DNA of 63,537 nucleotides, the filler included. It is 6 parts of 6 records of this genome, joined end to end, with 100 filler letters (N's around TTAATTAATTAA, not from the genome) between each part and the next. Parts side by side here need not be neighbours in the genome. Positions count along the whole stretch, not along the records: positions 44,097 to 55,464 come from SRR31156797_11097; positions 55,565 to 63,537 come from SRR31156797_11133; 4 more parts are not named here. One strand, 5' to 3'. The position numbers and the translations under genes were made by a program. Within the stretch, counting starts at the first letter, position 1. The number at the start of each line of letters is the position of its first letter. This document shows, piece by piece, positions 47,572 through 58,136 of this stretch. Below the pieces are notes generated by a model. It ran no database searches and had not been told where the DNA came from. It saw only the letters and a program-made list of their open reading frames with translations.

Positions 47572-48747
47572 TTAGAAAGTTAAAGTAAAAGTACTACCCT
47601 CATTGATTTTTGATTTAACTTTTATATCGATATTGTATCTTTGACAAACATCATGAACAATACTAAGACCTATTCCAAAGCCTCCACTTAAAGTTGTTGC
47701 TCGGTAGTATCGATTAAAGATATTATTGACTTTGTTCTCTTCGATTCCTATTCCTGTGTCTGTTATAGTTAGAATATTATCTTTTAAAGCTATATTTATT
47801 GAGCCTTTATGTTTGTTGTATTTTATAGCATTTGAAACTAAGTTGTTAAAAAGTCTGATAAAGTCATTTTCATCTATTTCATAGTTTAGATTATCTAAAT
47901 CAAGTTTTATAGAGATTCTTTTTTTCTCTGCTAAAATCTCAAAATATGTTAGTTGTGAAATAATTAAATCTTTTAGATTGTACTCTTTGTGTTTTGATTC
48001 AAGAAGCTTATCTTCTAAGAATATATATGTTAAATCTTTGTAAATCTCTGAAATTTTTCGAGCTGCTAATTTAACTCTTTTTATTTGTGTTTGTGAAAGT
48101 TCATCATCTTCTGTTGACATCAAGATTGCGCTAATAGGAGTATTTAGTTCGTGGGTTGTATCTTTAATAAAGTTATTAAGTCTTTCTCTTTCTTCTTTTA
48201 TGGGTTTTAAAAATAACCTTGCCAGAAAAAAACCAACAATAGATAATAGTGAGTAAACAAATATAAACAAAATGACAATTTTTTGTCTTAGATTCTCTAG
48301 TTGTTTATAAAGTAAATTTTCTTTTATTGCTATATAGTAAGTGTTTAAATGTCCGTAAGTAGAGTTATCTATAAGGATAAAGTTTTTTTCATTTTGGATT
48401 ATATTTTTTGAGAAATCGATTTTTTCATGAAGGTTCCCTTCAATTATATTTTTATCTTTATCATAAAAAGATATTTCATATAAATTTGTTTTTAGAAATT
48501 GTTTCATATTTAAGTTATTTCCACTCATATGTGCATATATGATTTGTGCAGATATGTTAGAAACTACATTTTGCATTTTTGTTTTTGCCAAATCAAAATA
48601 AAGTGTTTTTTCATTTTTATAATAAAAAAAGGCAACAAAAAGCATCAATACAAGAATGCTTCCTAAATACAAAATAAAAAATCGAATAAAAGTACTCTTT
48701 TCACTATTTGTTAAATTGATAAAAAATCCTTTCCATATAGTTTCCAC
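47572..48747 (-). CDS. Sensor histidine kinase (start uncertain)
   Basis: Two TM segments, THELNTP H-box, NAIKYN, DTGIG, GFGIGL. Confidence 0.92.
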   Translation of the reverse strand: METIWKGFFINLTNSEKSTFIRFFILYLGSILVLMLFVAFFYYKNEKTLYFDLAKTKMQNVVSNISAQIIYAHMSGNNLNMKQFLKTNLYEISFYDKDKNIIEGNLHEKIDFSKNIIQNEKNFILIDNSTYGHLNTYYIAIKENLLYKQLENLRQKIVILFIFVYSLLSIVGFFLARLFLKPIKEERERLNNFIKDTTHELNTPISAILMSTEDDELSQTQIKRVKLAARKISEIYKDLTYIFLEDKLLESKHKEYNLKDLIISQLTYFEILAEKKRISIKLDLDNLNYEIDENDFIRLFNNLVSNAIKYNKHKGSINIALKDNILTITDTGIGIEENKVNNIFNRYYRATTLSGGFGIGLSIVHDVCQRYNIDIKVKSKINEGSTFTLTF

Positions 48748-48769
48748 AAAATTATACTATACTAAGGCT

Positions 48770-49429
48770 ATGAAAATATTATTATTAGAAGATGACACTT
48801 TATTAAACGAGATAATAGAAGAGTTTCTCGTGAAACATAATTATTCAGTTGTAACAACATTCGATGGACAAGAAGCTCTTGAAACTATCTATGATGAAAA
48901 GTTTGATTTACTTATTTTAGATGTCAATGTTCCTGGATTAAATGGTTTTGAACTTTTAAAAGAGTTAAAAAGTAACTCTATAGATATCCCAACTATATAT
49001 ATAACATCTCTTCATACTTCAAAAGATATGGAAGATGGATTTAAAGCTGGGGCTGATGATTATATAAAGAAACCTTTTCACTTAAGTGAACTAGGACTAA
49101 GAATTAATAATATAAAAAGATTAAGACATATTGAAAGCTCTGGTGAAGTTGTGTTAAATAGTGAAATAAAATATGATTATGACTCAAAGGTTTTGATTGT
49201 CGAAGAAAAAAGTATTCAACTATCAAAAACAGAAGCAAAGGTTTTTGAGTATCTAATAAAAAACAAAAATAAAACAGTTTCAATAGAAGAGATATCTTTA
49301 AACAATTGGGTTTATGACGAGATGCCAACGGCAACTACTATTAGAACTTATATTAAAAATATTAGAAAAATTCTAGGAAAAGATAAAATTGTAACTATAA
49401 AATCAATAGGTTATAAACTTAATCTTTAA
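48770..49429 (+). CDS. OmpR-family response regulator
   Basis: MKILLLEDD start at 48770, DVNVP, KPF, winged-helix C-terminus. Confidence 0.93.
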   Translation: MKILLLEDDTLLNEIIEEFLVKHNYSVVTTFDGQEALETIYDEKFDLLILDVNVPGLNGFELLKELKSNSIDIPTIYITSLHTSKDMEDGFKAGADDYIKKPFHLSELGLRINNIKRLRHIESSGEVVLNSEIKYDYDSKVLIVEEKSIQLSKTEAKVFEYLIKNKNKTVSIEEISLNNWVYDEMPTATTIRTYIKNIRKILGKDKIVTIKSIGYKLNL

Positions 49430-50582
49430 ACTTCAAAGTAAAAGTTGTACCTACATTTTCTTCCGATTTTACATCGATTTTTATATCAAATATTTTACAA
49501 ATATGATAAACAATATTTAATCCAATACCAAATCCACCTTGTTCTTTTGTGGCTCTATAGTATCTATTGAAGATATCTTTTACCCTATCTTTTTTTATTC
49601 CTATTCCTGTATCTTCAATTTTCAGCTCTCTGTTTTTTAGCTCAATATTTATAGAACCCTCTATTTTATTATATTTGATTGCATTTGATACAAGGTTATT
49701 AAATAGCCTTACAAAGTTTTCTCTATCGATTTTATAAGTAGTTTCTTCTAAAGAAGCATTTATTTTTAGTTTTTTCTTACTAGCAAAGGATTCAAAGTAT
49801 TCTAATTGTTCTTTTATAATCTCATCAAGTTTTAAATCCACTAACGGGGTAGCTTTTTTACTATCTTGTAAAAATAGATAAACTAAGTCTTTGTATATCT
49901 CTGAGATTCTTTTTGCGCTTAGATTTATCCTTTGCATATTTTTTTGAGTTAGTGGAGCATCTTTTCCTGTACTCATCAAAATAGCTGTAATAGGAGTATT
50001 TAGTTCATGGGTTGTATCTTTGATAAAATTGTTTAGTTTTTTTCTTTCATTTGTAATAGGACTAATAAATAAACTTGCTAAATAGTATCCAACAACTGCA
50101 ATTGTTGAGTAGATTACAAAAAAATAAAAAACAAGTTTTTCTATAAGAGTAGTCATCAAGTCATGGTAAATATTTTCTCTAATAACAATATGGTGAACAC
50201 CTAAATGACCCCTTGGAGTACTATCAACTAAAACAAAATTATCATCTATTTTTTGTATGTGTTTAGAAAGGTCAATCTCATCTTTTATAGTTCCAATTAG
50301 TTTTCTATGTTTTTGATCATATAAAGCATAATCATATTTTATAAAGTTTGCCATTTTTGTTGTGTTTATTGAAAGTCCAGCCAGATGTGCATAAATAATA
50401 CTTGATGAAACCTTTGAAGCTACATTTTGCATATTTGAAGTGATTAAATCGTATTGAAGTCTTGATTCCATTTTATAAAAAAGTAGAAATATAATAGATA
50501 ATAAAATAAAAGATGAACCTAAAAAAAGTCCTAAAAATTTACTAAATGTGACTCTCTCACTTCTTGTTAAATCTATAACCAA
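49419..50582 (-). CDS. Sensor histidine kinase (paralog of 47572-48747)
   Basis: THELNTP, NAIKYN, DTGIG, GFGIGL; start overlaps the upstream regulator. Confidence 0.93.
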   Translation of the reverse strand: MVIDLTRSERVTFSKFLGLFLGSSFILLSIIFLLFYKMESRLQYDLITSNMQNVASKVSSSIIYAHLAGLSINTTKMANFIKYDYALYDQKHRKLIGTIKDEIDLSKHIQKIDDNFVLVDSTPRGHLGVHHIVIRENIYHDLMTTLIEKLVFYFFVIYSTIAVVGYYLASLFISPITNERKKLNNFIKDTTHELNTPITAILMSTGKDAPLTQKNMQRINLSAKRISEIYKDLVYLFLQDSKKATPLVDLKLDEIIKEQLEYFESFASKKKLKINASLEETTYKIDRENFVRLFNNLVSNAIKYNKIEGSINIELKNRELKIEDTGIGIKKDRVKDIFNRYYRATKEQGGFGIGLNIVYHICKIFDIKIDVKSEENVGTTFTLKFKD

Positions 50583-51216
50583 CTCCTTTTATAGTTTCAA
50601 TGTACTCTTCACCTAATATTTTACGAATATTTTTAATATAAGTTCTTATTGTAGATGAGGTAGGAGAGCCTTCAAAAGTCCAAATATTTGAACTTAATTC
50701 ATCTTGTGAAATACATCTATTTGCGTTGTTTAATAGATATTTTAATATTTGTGCTTCTTTTAATGGAAGTTTTGTTTGTATTGAGTTGTTGTTTACATAG
50801 TGAAGTTTTGCATTGAATTTAATATTTTCTGCAATCTCTATTTCATCATCATCTAAATGAAGAAGTCTTTTAATATTGTTGATTCTCAATTCTAACTCTT
50901 TTAATTCAAAAGGTTTTTTCAAGTAATCATCTGCCCCAGATTCAAACCCCTCTTCAATATCTTCAACTGTATTTAGTGAAGTGATAAAAATAGCGGGAGT
51001 TGTAATATTACTTTCTCGTAAGCTTTTCAAAAACTCAAAGCCAGTCATATTGGGTACATTTACATCTAAAATTAATAAATCAAAGTGTTCATCGTATATA
51101 AGTTCACTTGCTTTCATTCCATCAAAAGCACAAGTAACTTCATATCCAAGTTCTTGTAAAAACTCTTCAATAATTTCATTTAGTATTAAGTCATCTTCTA
51201 ATAATAATATCTTCAT
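50557..51216 (-). CDS. OmpR-family response regulator (paralog of 48770-49429)
   Basis: MKILLLEDD, DVNVP, KPF, GVGYRF. Confidence 0.94.
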   Translation of the reverse strand: MKILLLEDDLILNEIIEEFLQELGYEVTCAFDGMKASELIYDEHFDLLILDVNVPNMTGFEFLKSLRESNITTPAIFITSLNTVEDIEEGFESGADDYLKKPFELKELELRINNIKRLLHLDDDEIEIAENIKFNAKLHYVNNNSIQTKLPLKEAQILKYLLNNANRCISQDELSSNIWTFEGSPTSSTIRTYIKNIRKILGEEYIETIKGVGYRFNKK

Positions 51217-51321
51217 AATTGTAAGTATAGCATATATTAAAGTAAATAGTCCCCACAGATTCTACACAAAAACTTAACAAAACTCCAATAGAATTTCAAC
51301 ATCACAACAAAGGAGTTTAAA

Positions 51322-51903
51322 ATGAGTTTACTACAAAAGTTAGCTTTTACAACATTTATGAGTATAGGACTAGTTCATGCATCTTCTTATACTTTAGACA
51401 GTTCTCACACCGATGTAGGTTTTTCAGTAAAACATTTAATGATTACAAATGTAAAAGGAAACTTTGGTGAGTATTCTGCTCAAATCGATTTTGATAAAAA
51501 CACTAATAGCTTCAAAAAGTTTAATACTATGGTAAAAGCAAATAGTATAAACACAGGAATAGAAAAAAGAGATAATCATCTAAGAAGTGAAGATTTCTTT
51601 TTTGCACAAGAGTATCCACTAATCACTTTTAATATGAAGTCTTATAAAGCTGAAGGCGATGAGGGAGAGATGATTGGTGATTTGACTATTAGAGGTGTTA
51701 CAAGAGAGGTTGAGTTAGAGGTTGAAGATTTAGCTACAATCAAAGACTTTAAAGGTAACACAAGAGTTGGTTTTACACTAGAGGGAAAAATAAACAGAAT
51801 GGACTACGGACTAAAATGGAATAAAGCATTAGAGTTAGGTGGTGTAGCTGTAAGTGAAGATGTAAAGCTTATAATCGAAGTTCAAGCAGTTGAGAGTAAA
51901 TAA
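51322..51903 (+). CDS. YceI-family periplasmic protein
   Basis: FSVKHLMI, RDNHLRSEDFF, GDLTIRGVT. Confidence 0.93.
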   Translation: MSLLQKLAFTTFMSIGLVHASSYTLDSSHTDVGFSVKHLMITNVKGNFGEYSAQIDFDKNTNSFKKFNTMVKANSINTGIEKRDNHLRSEDFFFAQEYPLITFNMKSYKAEGDEGEMIGDLTIRGVTREVELEVEDLATIKDFKGNTRVGFTLEGKINRMDYGLKWNKALELGGVAVSEDVKLIIEVQAVESK

Positions 51904-51962
51904 TAATTTACCTTCTTTTAAAAATAAAATAACTAAAATAAACAACTTTAAAAAGGATTTGT

Positions 51963-52274
51963 ATGAAAAAAAGTAAAAAAATCAAATTAGCTGGTGTTCT
52001 TTTAGGTGCAGCACTAACTAGTACAGGAGCTTATGCTGGTAATGGTTCTTGTGGAGCAGGGAAGTGTGGCTCTAAAATGGATAAAAAAGTAGAGAAAAAA
52101 GGTTCTTGCGGAGCAGGTAAATGCGGTTCTTCTGATAAAATGAAGAGTGAAGGTATGGATGAAATGTCAGGAAATGCAGGGAAAAAGACTGATATGACAT
52201 GCGGAGCAGGGAAATGTGGTGCAGACATGAAGAAAAAAGTTGAAGGTTCATGCGGCGCTGGAAAATGTGGATGA
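51963..52274 (+). CDS. Secreted Cys-repeat RiPP precursor (HvfA/oxazolin-bufferin-like)
   Basis: Signal peptide ending AYA; four CGAGKCG repeats (8 Cys) with Met/Lys-rich linkers; immediately upstream of the DUF692 gene. Confidence 0.88.
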   Translation: MKKSKKIKLAGVLLGAALTSTGAYAGNGSCGAGKCGSKMDKKVEKKGSCGAGKCGSSDKMKSEGMDEMSGNAGKKTDMTCGAGKCGADMKKKVEGSCGAGKCG

Positions 52275-52292
52275 AATGGTGAAGACAATTAG

Positions 52293-53114
52293 ATGATAGA
52301 TTTAAAAGGGTGCGGACTAGGTCTTAGAAGTAGTTTTTTATTAGATGTTAAACATAGTGATTTTCAACCTGACTGGTGGGAAATCACACCTGAAAATTGG
52401 ATGACAATGCCAAAAATATATGAAAAAGCATTTGAGGAAGCTGTTTTTTCTAGACCGACTGTTGCCCATGGTCTATCTTTATCTATTGGTTCTGTTGAGA
52501 AAATCGATAAAAAGTTTGTAAAACAAATGAAAGAGTTTCTTGATAGATACAATATAGAATTTTATTCTGAACATCTTTCTTTCTCCTCTTTAGATAAAAG
52601 ACAAACTTACGAACTTCTTCCTATACCTATGACTAAAAAGATGGTTAATATTGTAAGTGATAAAGTAAAAGCTGTTGAGGATATTATTCAAAGAAACCTA
52701 ATACTAGAAAATGCAACATATTATTATGTTCCTTATGCTGAGATGAGTGAGATTGATTTTATAAATGAAGTGTTTGAAAAATCAGGAGCAAAAATGCTTC
52801 TTGATGTGAACAATGTATTTGTAAATTCAGTTAATCATACATTTAAAGCTAGAAAATTTATAGATCAACTTGATAAAAGTAAAATTGCTTATATGCATAT
52901 AGCAGGGCACTATTTTGATGAAGAGAATAATGTCCGAATAGATTCCCATGGTATGCCGATTTGTTCTGGCGTATGGAAACTTTTAGAATATACATTAAAG
53001 CAATCAAATGCTCCTGTGATGATAGAAAGGGACAATAATGTTCCTCCACTAAAAGAGTTATCAAAAGAGTATAAAACTATGGATGAGATTGTAAAAAAGG
53101 TACGAAATGGCTGA
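52293..53114 (+). CDS. DUF692 multinuclear non-heme iron oxidase (MbnB/TglH/HvfB family)
   Basis: GLGLR, EITPENW, HGLSLSIG, SEHLSF, LEN, LLDVNNVFVN, HIAGH, DSHG, ERD. Confidence 0.95.
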   Translation: MIDLKGCGLGLRSSFLLDVKHSDFQPDWWEITPENWMTMPKIYEKAFEEAVFSRPTVAHGLSLSIGSVEKIDKKFVKQMKEFLDRYNIEFYSEHLSFSSLDKRQTYELLPIPMTKKMVNIVSDKVKAVEDIIQRNLILENATYYYVPYAEMSEIDFINEVFEKSGAKMLLDVNNVFVNSVNHTFKARKFIDQLDKSKIAYMHIAGHYFDEENNVRIDSHGMPICSGVWKLLEYTLKQSNAPVMIERDNNVPPLKELSKEYKTMDEIVKKVRNG

Positions 53115-53793
53115 ACTAGAAAGAGATATACAAAAAAGGTTTTTAGATAACCTTTTAGATCAAAAAGATGGTTTTGAAAGTTCAGCTATCTCTACTTATC
53201 AAATGCTTGTATTTCAAAGATATGATGAGGTTATTAGAAACTCCTTGCCTTTGTTTGTTAAAAGTGTTGATGAAAAAACTTTTGAAAACTCTATAAAAGC
53301 TTTTATGAAAGAGACTCCTTCAACGCCATTTTTATGGAAGATACCAAAAGATTATATAAAGTTTGTAAAAAAAGCAAAGCTTTTTGATTCTAAAAAATAT
53401 TTATATGAATTGATGTATTTTGATTGGGTTGAAATAGAGATTTATATGAAAGAGTATAAATTATCAAAGTTAAAAAAGTTTGATTTTAAAAATACTTATA
53501 AGTTAAATAAAAGTGCAAGAATCAAAGCTTTTAAATATGACATAATAAATCAAAATATAAAGAAAAAAAGAGACAACTTTGTGCTTGTTTATTATGACTT
53601 TGATGTAGATGAAGTTATTTACAGAGAAACAAATCAAATGATTTTTGAGTTATTAAAAAGATTAGAACGAGATACAAGTATAGAAAAGGTTCTAAAAAAA
53701 CTTTGTAAAGAAAACGATATAATCTACAAAGAGGCTAAAAAAGTTTTAAAAGATTCTTTAGTTGAACTTCATAATAAAAGGGTTTTCTCTTAA
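53107..53793 (+). CDS. MNIO partner protein (DUF2063/HvfC-like)
   Basis: Overlaps the MNIO stop; YQMLVFQR...PL...F and YELMYFDWVE patterns; canonical position in such clusters. Confidence 0.75.
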   Translation: MAELERDIQKRFLDNLLDQKDGFESSAISTYQMLVFQRYDEVIRNSLPLFVKSVDEKTFENSIKAFMKETPSTPFLWKIPKDYIKFVKKAKLFDSKKYLYELMYFDWVEIEIYMKEYKLSKLKKFDFKNTYKLNKSARIKAFKYDIINQNIKKKRDNFVLVYYDFDVDEVIYRETNQMIFELLKRLERDTSIEKVLKKLCKENDIIYKEAKKVLKDSLVELHNKRVFS

Positions 53794-54854
53794 AACCTTT
53801 TATTTATATCTTTTATCCACCTAAAACCTAAAAGCCCTTTTTTTATCTCCACATTAACTTGATCATTGATATCAATTTTATTGTAGATAGACATAGGGAT
53901 TTCATAAATTTTATTTTCACTATTTACAAATAGACTTACATAATATCGATTACCTTCTTTTATTGAATTTTCATGAGTCTTTTTTATTATTTTTGAGTGT
54001 AAAATAGTTGGTTTTGAACTATCAAGTTCAATATTAATCTTTTTTAATAAATAATAAGATGAGGTAGAGGCTCCTACATAACCAAGTGTCAAAAATTCTA
54101 ATAAAATCAAGTTTGTTCGTGAGTTTTTACCAAGTCTTGCTACAGCAGTTATCGATAAGCAAATTACTATTATAAATCCCATTAATAAGCTTAACTTGAT
54201 TAGAGGTACTTTTTCCATAACGAAAATATTTGACAAATAAAAAAATGCAATGCCAATTATAACCATCACACTACTTATTGATAAAAGAATAGATGCATTG
54301 AATATAAATCTATCTGTGTTTTTATGTTCATATTTATGTAGATTCTTATCAATATAATCATTTATGTAAAAAAGAGTTGGAAGAATTGTTTCTATGTAGT
54401 GTTTTGCTTTATCATTTTCTATATGAATCCACAAATTATTATTTTTGTAGTAAAAAGCTTCAACTAGAATATGTTTGTTTTTTAAATACTCAAAAAGCTC
54501 AATGAATTTTGAGTGTAAAGATTTTGTTTCTTTGAGTAGTTTACAAACCCTTATATCATCAGAAAGTAGAAAAAAAGATATATTAAGTTTTTCATCGCTA
54601 ATTTTACATTCTGAGCTTAGCCCAACTCTTTTAAAAAAATTATCAATATTTGATTTTTCATTTAGTGATAAATTATTTTTTGAATTAATATCATTTTCAC
54701 AACCTAAGAAAAAACCTCTTTTATTAAGTTCTTTACCTTCTAGATAATATCTATTTTGAAATTTGTGTTTTTTTGCTTCCCAATTTTTTTCTTTTTTGAA
54801 AAGTAGATAGAATAAAAATGTAAATAATGTCAAGAATCCAAATATATACCACAT
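53790..54854 (-). CDS. Hypothetical membrane protein
   Basis: N-terminal TM plus three further TM segments. Confidence 0.6.
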   Translation of the reverse strand: MWYIFGFLTLFTFLFYLLFKKEKNWEAKKHKFQNRYYLEGKELNKRGFFLGCENDINSKNNLSLNEKSNIDNFFKRVGLSSECKISDEKLNISFFLLSDDIRVCKLLKETKSLHSKFIELFEYLKNKHILVEAFYYKNNNLWIHIENDKAKHYIETILPTLFYINDYIDKNLHKYEHKNTDRFIFNASILLSISSVMVIIGIAFFYLSNIFVMEKVPLIKLSLLMGFIIVICLSITAVARLGKNSRTNLILLEFLTLGYVGASTSSYYLLKKINIELDSSKPTILHSKIIKKTHENSIKEGNRYYVSLFVNSENKIYEIPMSIYNKIDINDQVNVEIKKGLLGFRWIKDINKRF

Positions 54855-54923
54855 ATAGACTACTTCATATTTTTTTACAGTATAAAACAGTCTATATTAA
54901 ATATAATTTAAATAAATATATTT

Positions 54924-55464
54924 TTAGGAGATAATAACTTTTTTTAGTTCATTCTGTGTATAAAAGTATGCAAATATTGCGGCACTATAAATCATAATCA
55001 AAACTCCAACCCAAAGATATATATAATCAAGTTCAAACCATACTACAATTGCATATGCAATTAGAAGTTTTGCAATAATTTGTCTGTATAAAGCTATATA
55101 CAAAATCATTTTTGGTTTTTTTATTCCTTGAAGAGTTGAAACACAAATAAACAAAATTACATAAGCATAAAATATCCAAACCTCAATAAGTAAATATTCA
55201 AAACCATAATTTATAACAGTTAAGTCACTATCAAATTGTTCTATGATGATTTTTCCAAAGATGTATAAGAAAGTAATTCCAAAGGTTGAAATAATAAAAC
55301 CGTATTTTAATGCTTTATCAAGGGTCAATTTAACCCTATCATACTTTTTAGCACCATAATTGTTAGAAACTAAAGAAAGTACTGCTGAACTTAATCCTAG
55401 GGCTGGTAAAAGCATAAGTTGTTCAACTCTAAATCCTATTCCATATCCAGCAACAGCTTTTACT
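54924..55464 (-). CDS. MATE-family efflux transporter, C-terminal fragment
   Basis: AGYGIGFRVEQ, NNYGAKKYDRV, LQGIKKP. Confidence 0.85.
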
Positions 55465-55566
55465 NNNNNNNNNNNNNNNNNNNNNNNNNNNNNNNNNNNN
55501 NNNNNNNNTTAATTAATTAANNNNNNNNNNNNNNNNNNNNNNNNNNNNNNNNNNNNNNNNNNNNAG

Positions 55567-56514
55567 ATGATGATGAGCTTTTCCGGCTACTCCTTCTGCA
55601 AGCCGCACAGCGCCTCCTATGCACGGGTATCGTTCCAGGCAGCCTATCTGAAGACCCACCATCCTGCCGAATTCATGGCCGGTGTCATCAGCAACCAAGG
55701 GGGATTTTACGCCACCTTTGCCTATGTCTCCGAAGCCCGTCGGATGGGAATTGTCATCGTGCCTCCGGATGCCACGACAAGCCGGGTCCGCTGGACGGGG
55801 AAAGGCAGACGGCTGCAAGTGGGATTGATGGCCGTTGGTGGCTTGAGCCGAAACACCATGGAGAGCATTGTCAACTGTCGCCAACAATCCTTTTTCACGG
55901 GAATGGTTGACTTTTTGAACCGAATCCAGCCCGATGAAAACGAAGCCCGGGCCCTGATCCACTGTGGAGCCCTGGACAAATTAGATGCACAACGGTCACG
56001 AACCCGCCTGTTGTGGCTTCTCACCCGGTGGCAGGCAACGCATCGTCAGTCCACGGTGCGACCCAATCTCTTTGGCGCACACAAACAAGGAATTTTCGAC
56101 GTTCCGCCGCCTGACTTCCCACCGACCCACGCCACCACACGGCTTCGCAGGGAATTTGCCGTTCTCGGCTTTTTATGCGACCGGCATCCCATCTCGATGT
56201 TTGCCGACGCCATCCGAATTCAAAAAACGGTGAAAGCCGATCAGCTTCCAAAATTGGTGGGCCAGCGGGTTCGACTGGCCGCATGGCTGGTCACGGGAAA
56301 AACCGTTCACACCCGACACGGGGACCCCATGGAATTTCTTACCTTCGAAGATGAAACCGGCATCGTGGAGACCACCTTTTTTCCGGCTGTCTACCGCCGT
56401 TTTTGTCACATGATCGACCGAAACCGACCTTACCTGTTGAGCGGAAAGGTGGAAACGAACTGGAGCGCCGTCACCCTGACCGTTGATCAGATAAAGAAGA
56501 TCGCCCCGGCTTGA
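55567..56514 (+). CDS. DNA polymerase III alpha-family (DnaE/DnaE2-like), C-terminal fragment
   Basis: FSGYSFCKPHSASYA, YLKTHHPAEF, OB-fold MEFLTFEDETG. Confidence 0.88.
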   Translation: MMMSFSGYSFCKPHSASYARVSFQAAYLKTHHPAEFMAGVISNQGGFYATFAYVSEARRMGIVIVPPDATTSRVRWTGKGRRLQVGLMAVGGLSRNTMESIVNCRQQSFFTGMVDFLNRIQPDENEARALIHCGALDKLDAQRSRTRLLWLLTRWQATHRQSTVRPNLFGAHKQGIFDVPPPDFPPTHATTRLRREFAVLGFLCDRHPISMFADAIRIQKTVKADQLPKLVGQRVRLAAWLVTGKTVHTRHGDPMEFLTFEDETGIVETTFFPAVYRRFCHMIDRNRPYLLSGKVETNWSAVTLTVDQIKKIAPA

Positions 56515-56548
56515 CAAGGTGCCAAGCCCGACTTATTCATTTACAAAA

Positions 56549-56650
56549 TCATCATCATGTGGAGTGGCGTGAGGGAACTGGCCCTGGGATCGCCCGGCAA
56601 CCTGACCATCAAGGTGCCAAATCCAGCCCTGAAGAGGGAAAACATGAGGT
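56549..56650 (+). ncRNA. SAM-I (S-box) riboswitch with variant P1
   Basis: GAG-TGGCGTGAGGGAACTGGCCC...CCCGGCAACC...GGTGCCAAATCC core; P1 TCATGT/ACATGA; upstream of met genes. Confidence 0.9.
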
Positions 56651-56659
56651 CTCGCATGA

Positions 56660-58072
<1,413 letters not shown>

Positions 58073-58136
58073 GGTCACCATGGTGTTGAAACGCCCTGTT
58101 GCGCGGCTGGAACGTAAATTTCGAAAGTGAGGTGCT

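Noticed and set aside
48656-48769. Extended N-terminus of the response regulator in the ORF track (likewise 40228, 56693, 20863, 18438)
   Set aside because: Family-typical N-termini and RBS or promoter positions support the downstream ATGs.
52045-52271. Repeated TGYGGAGCAGGNAARTGYGG as a mini-CRISPR
   Set aside because: In-frame coding repeats with synonymous variation and irregular spacing.
52031-52288. Antisense ORF with PHFPAP repeats
   Set aside because: It is the reverse-strand image of the CGAGKCG precursor repeats.
7112-55564. Links between genes on different segments, e.g. the CRISPR locus and the RiPP locus (both Campylobacterota-like), or CODH and larBC
   Set aside because: The segments are separated by artificial N-linkers and look like different organisms, so adjacency carries no information.
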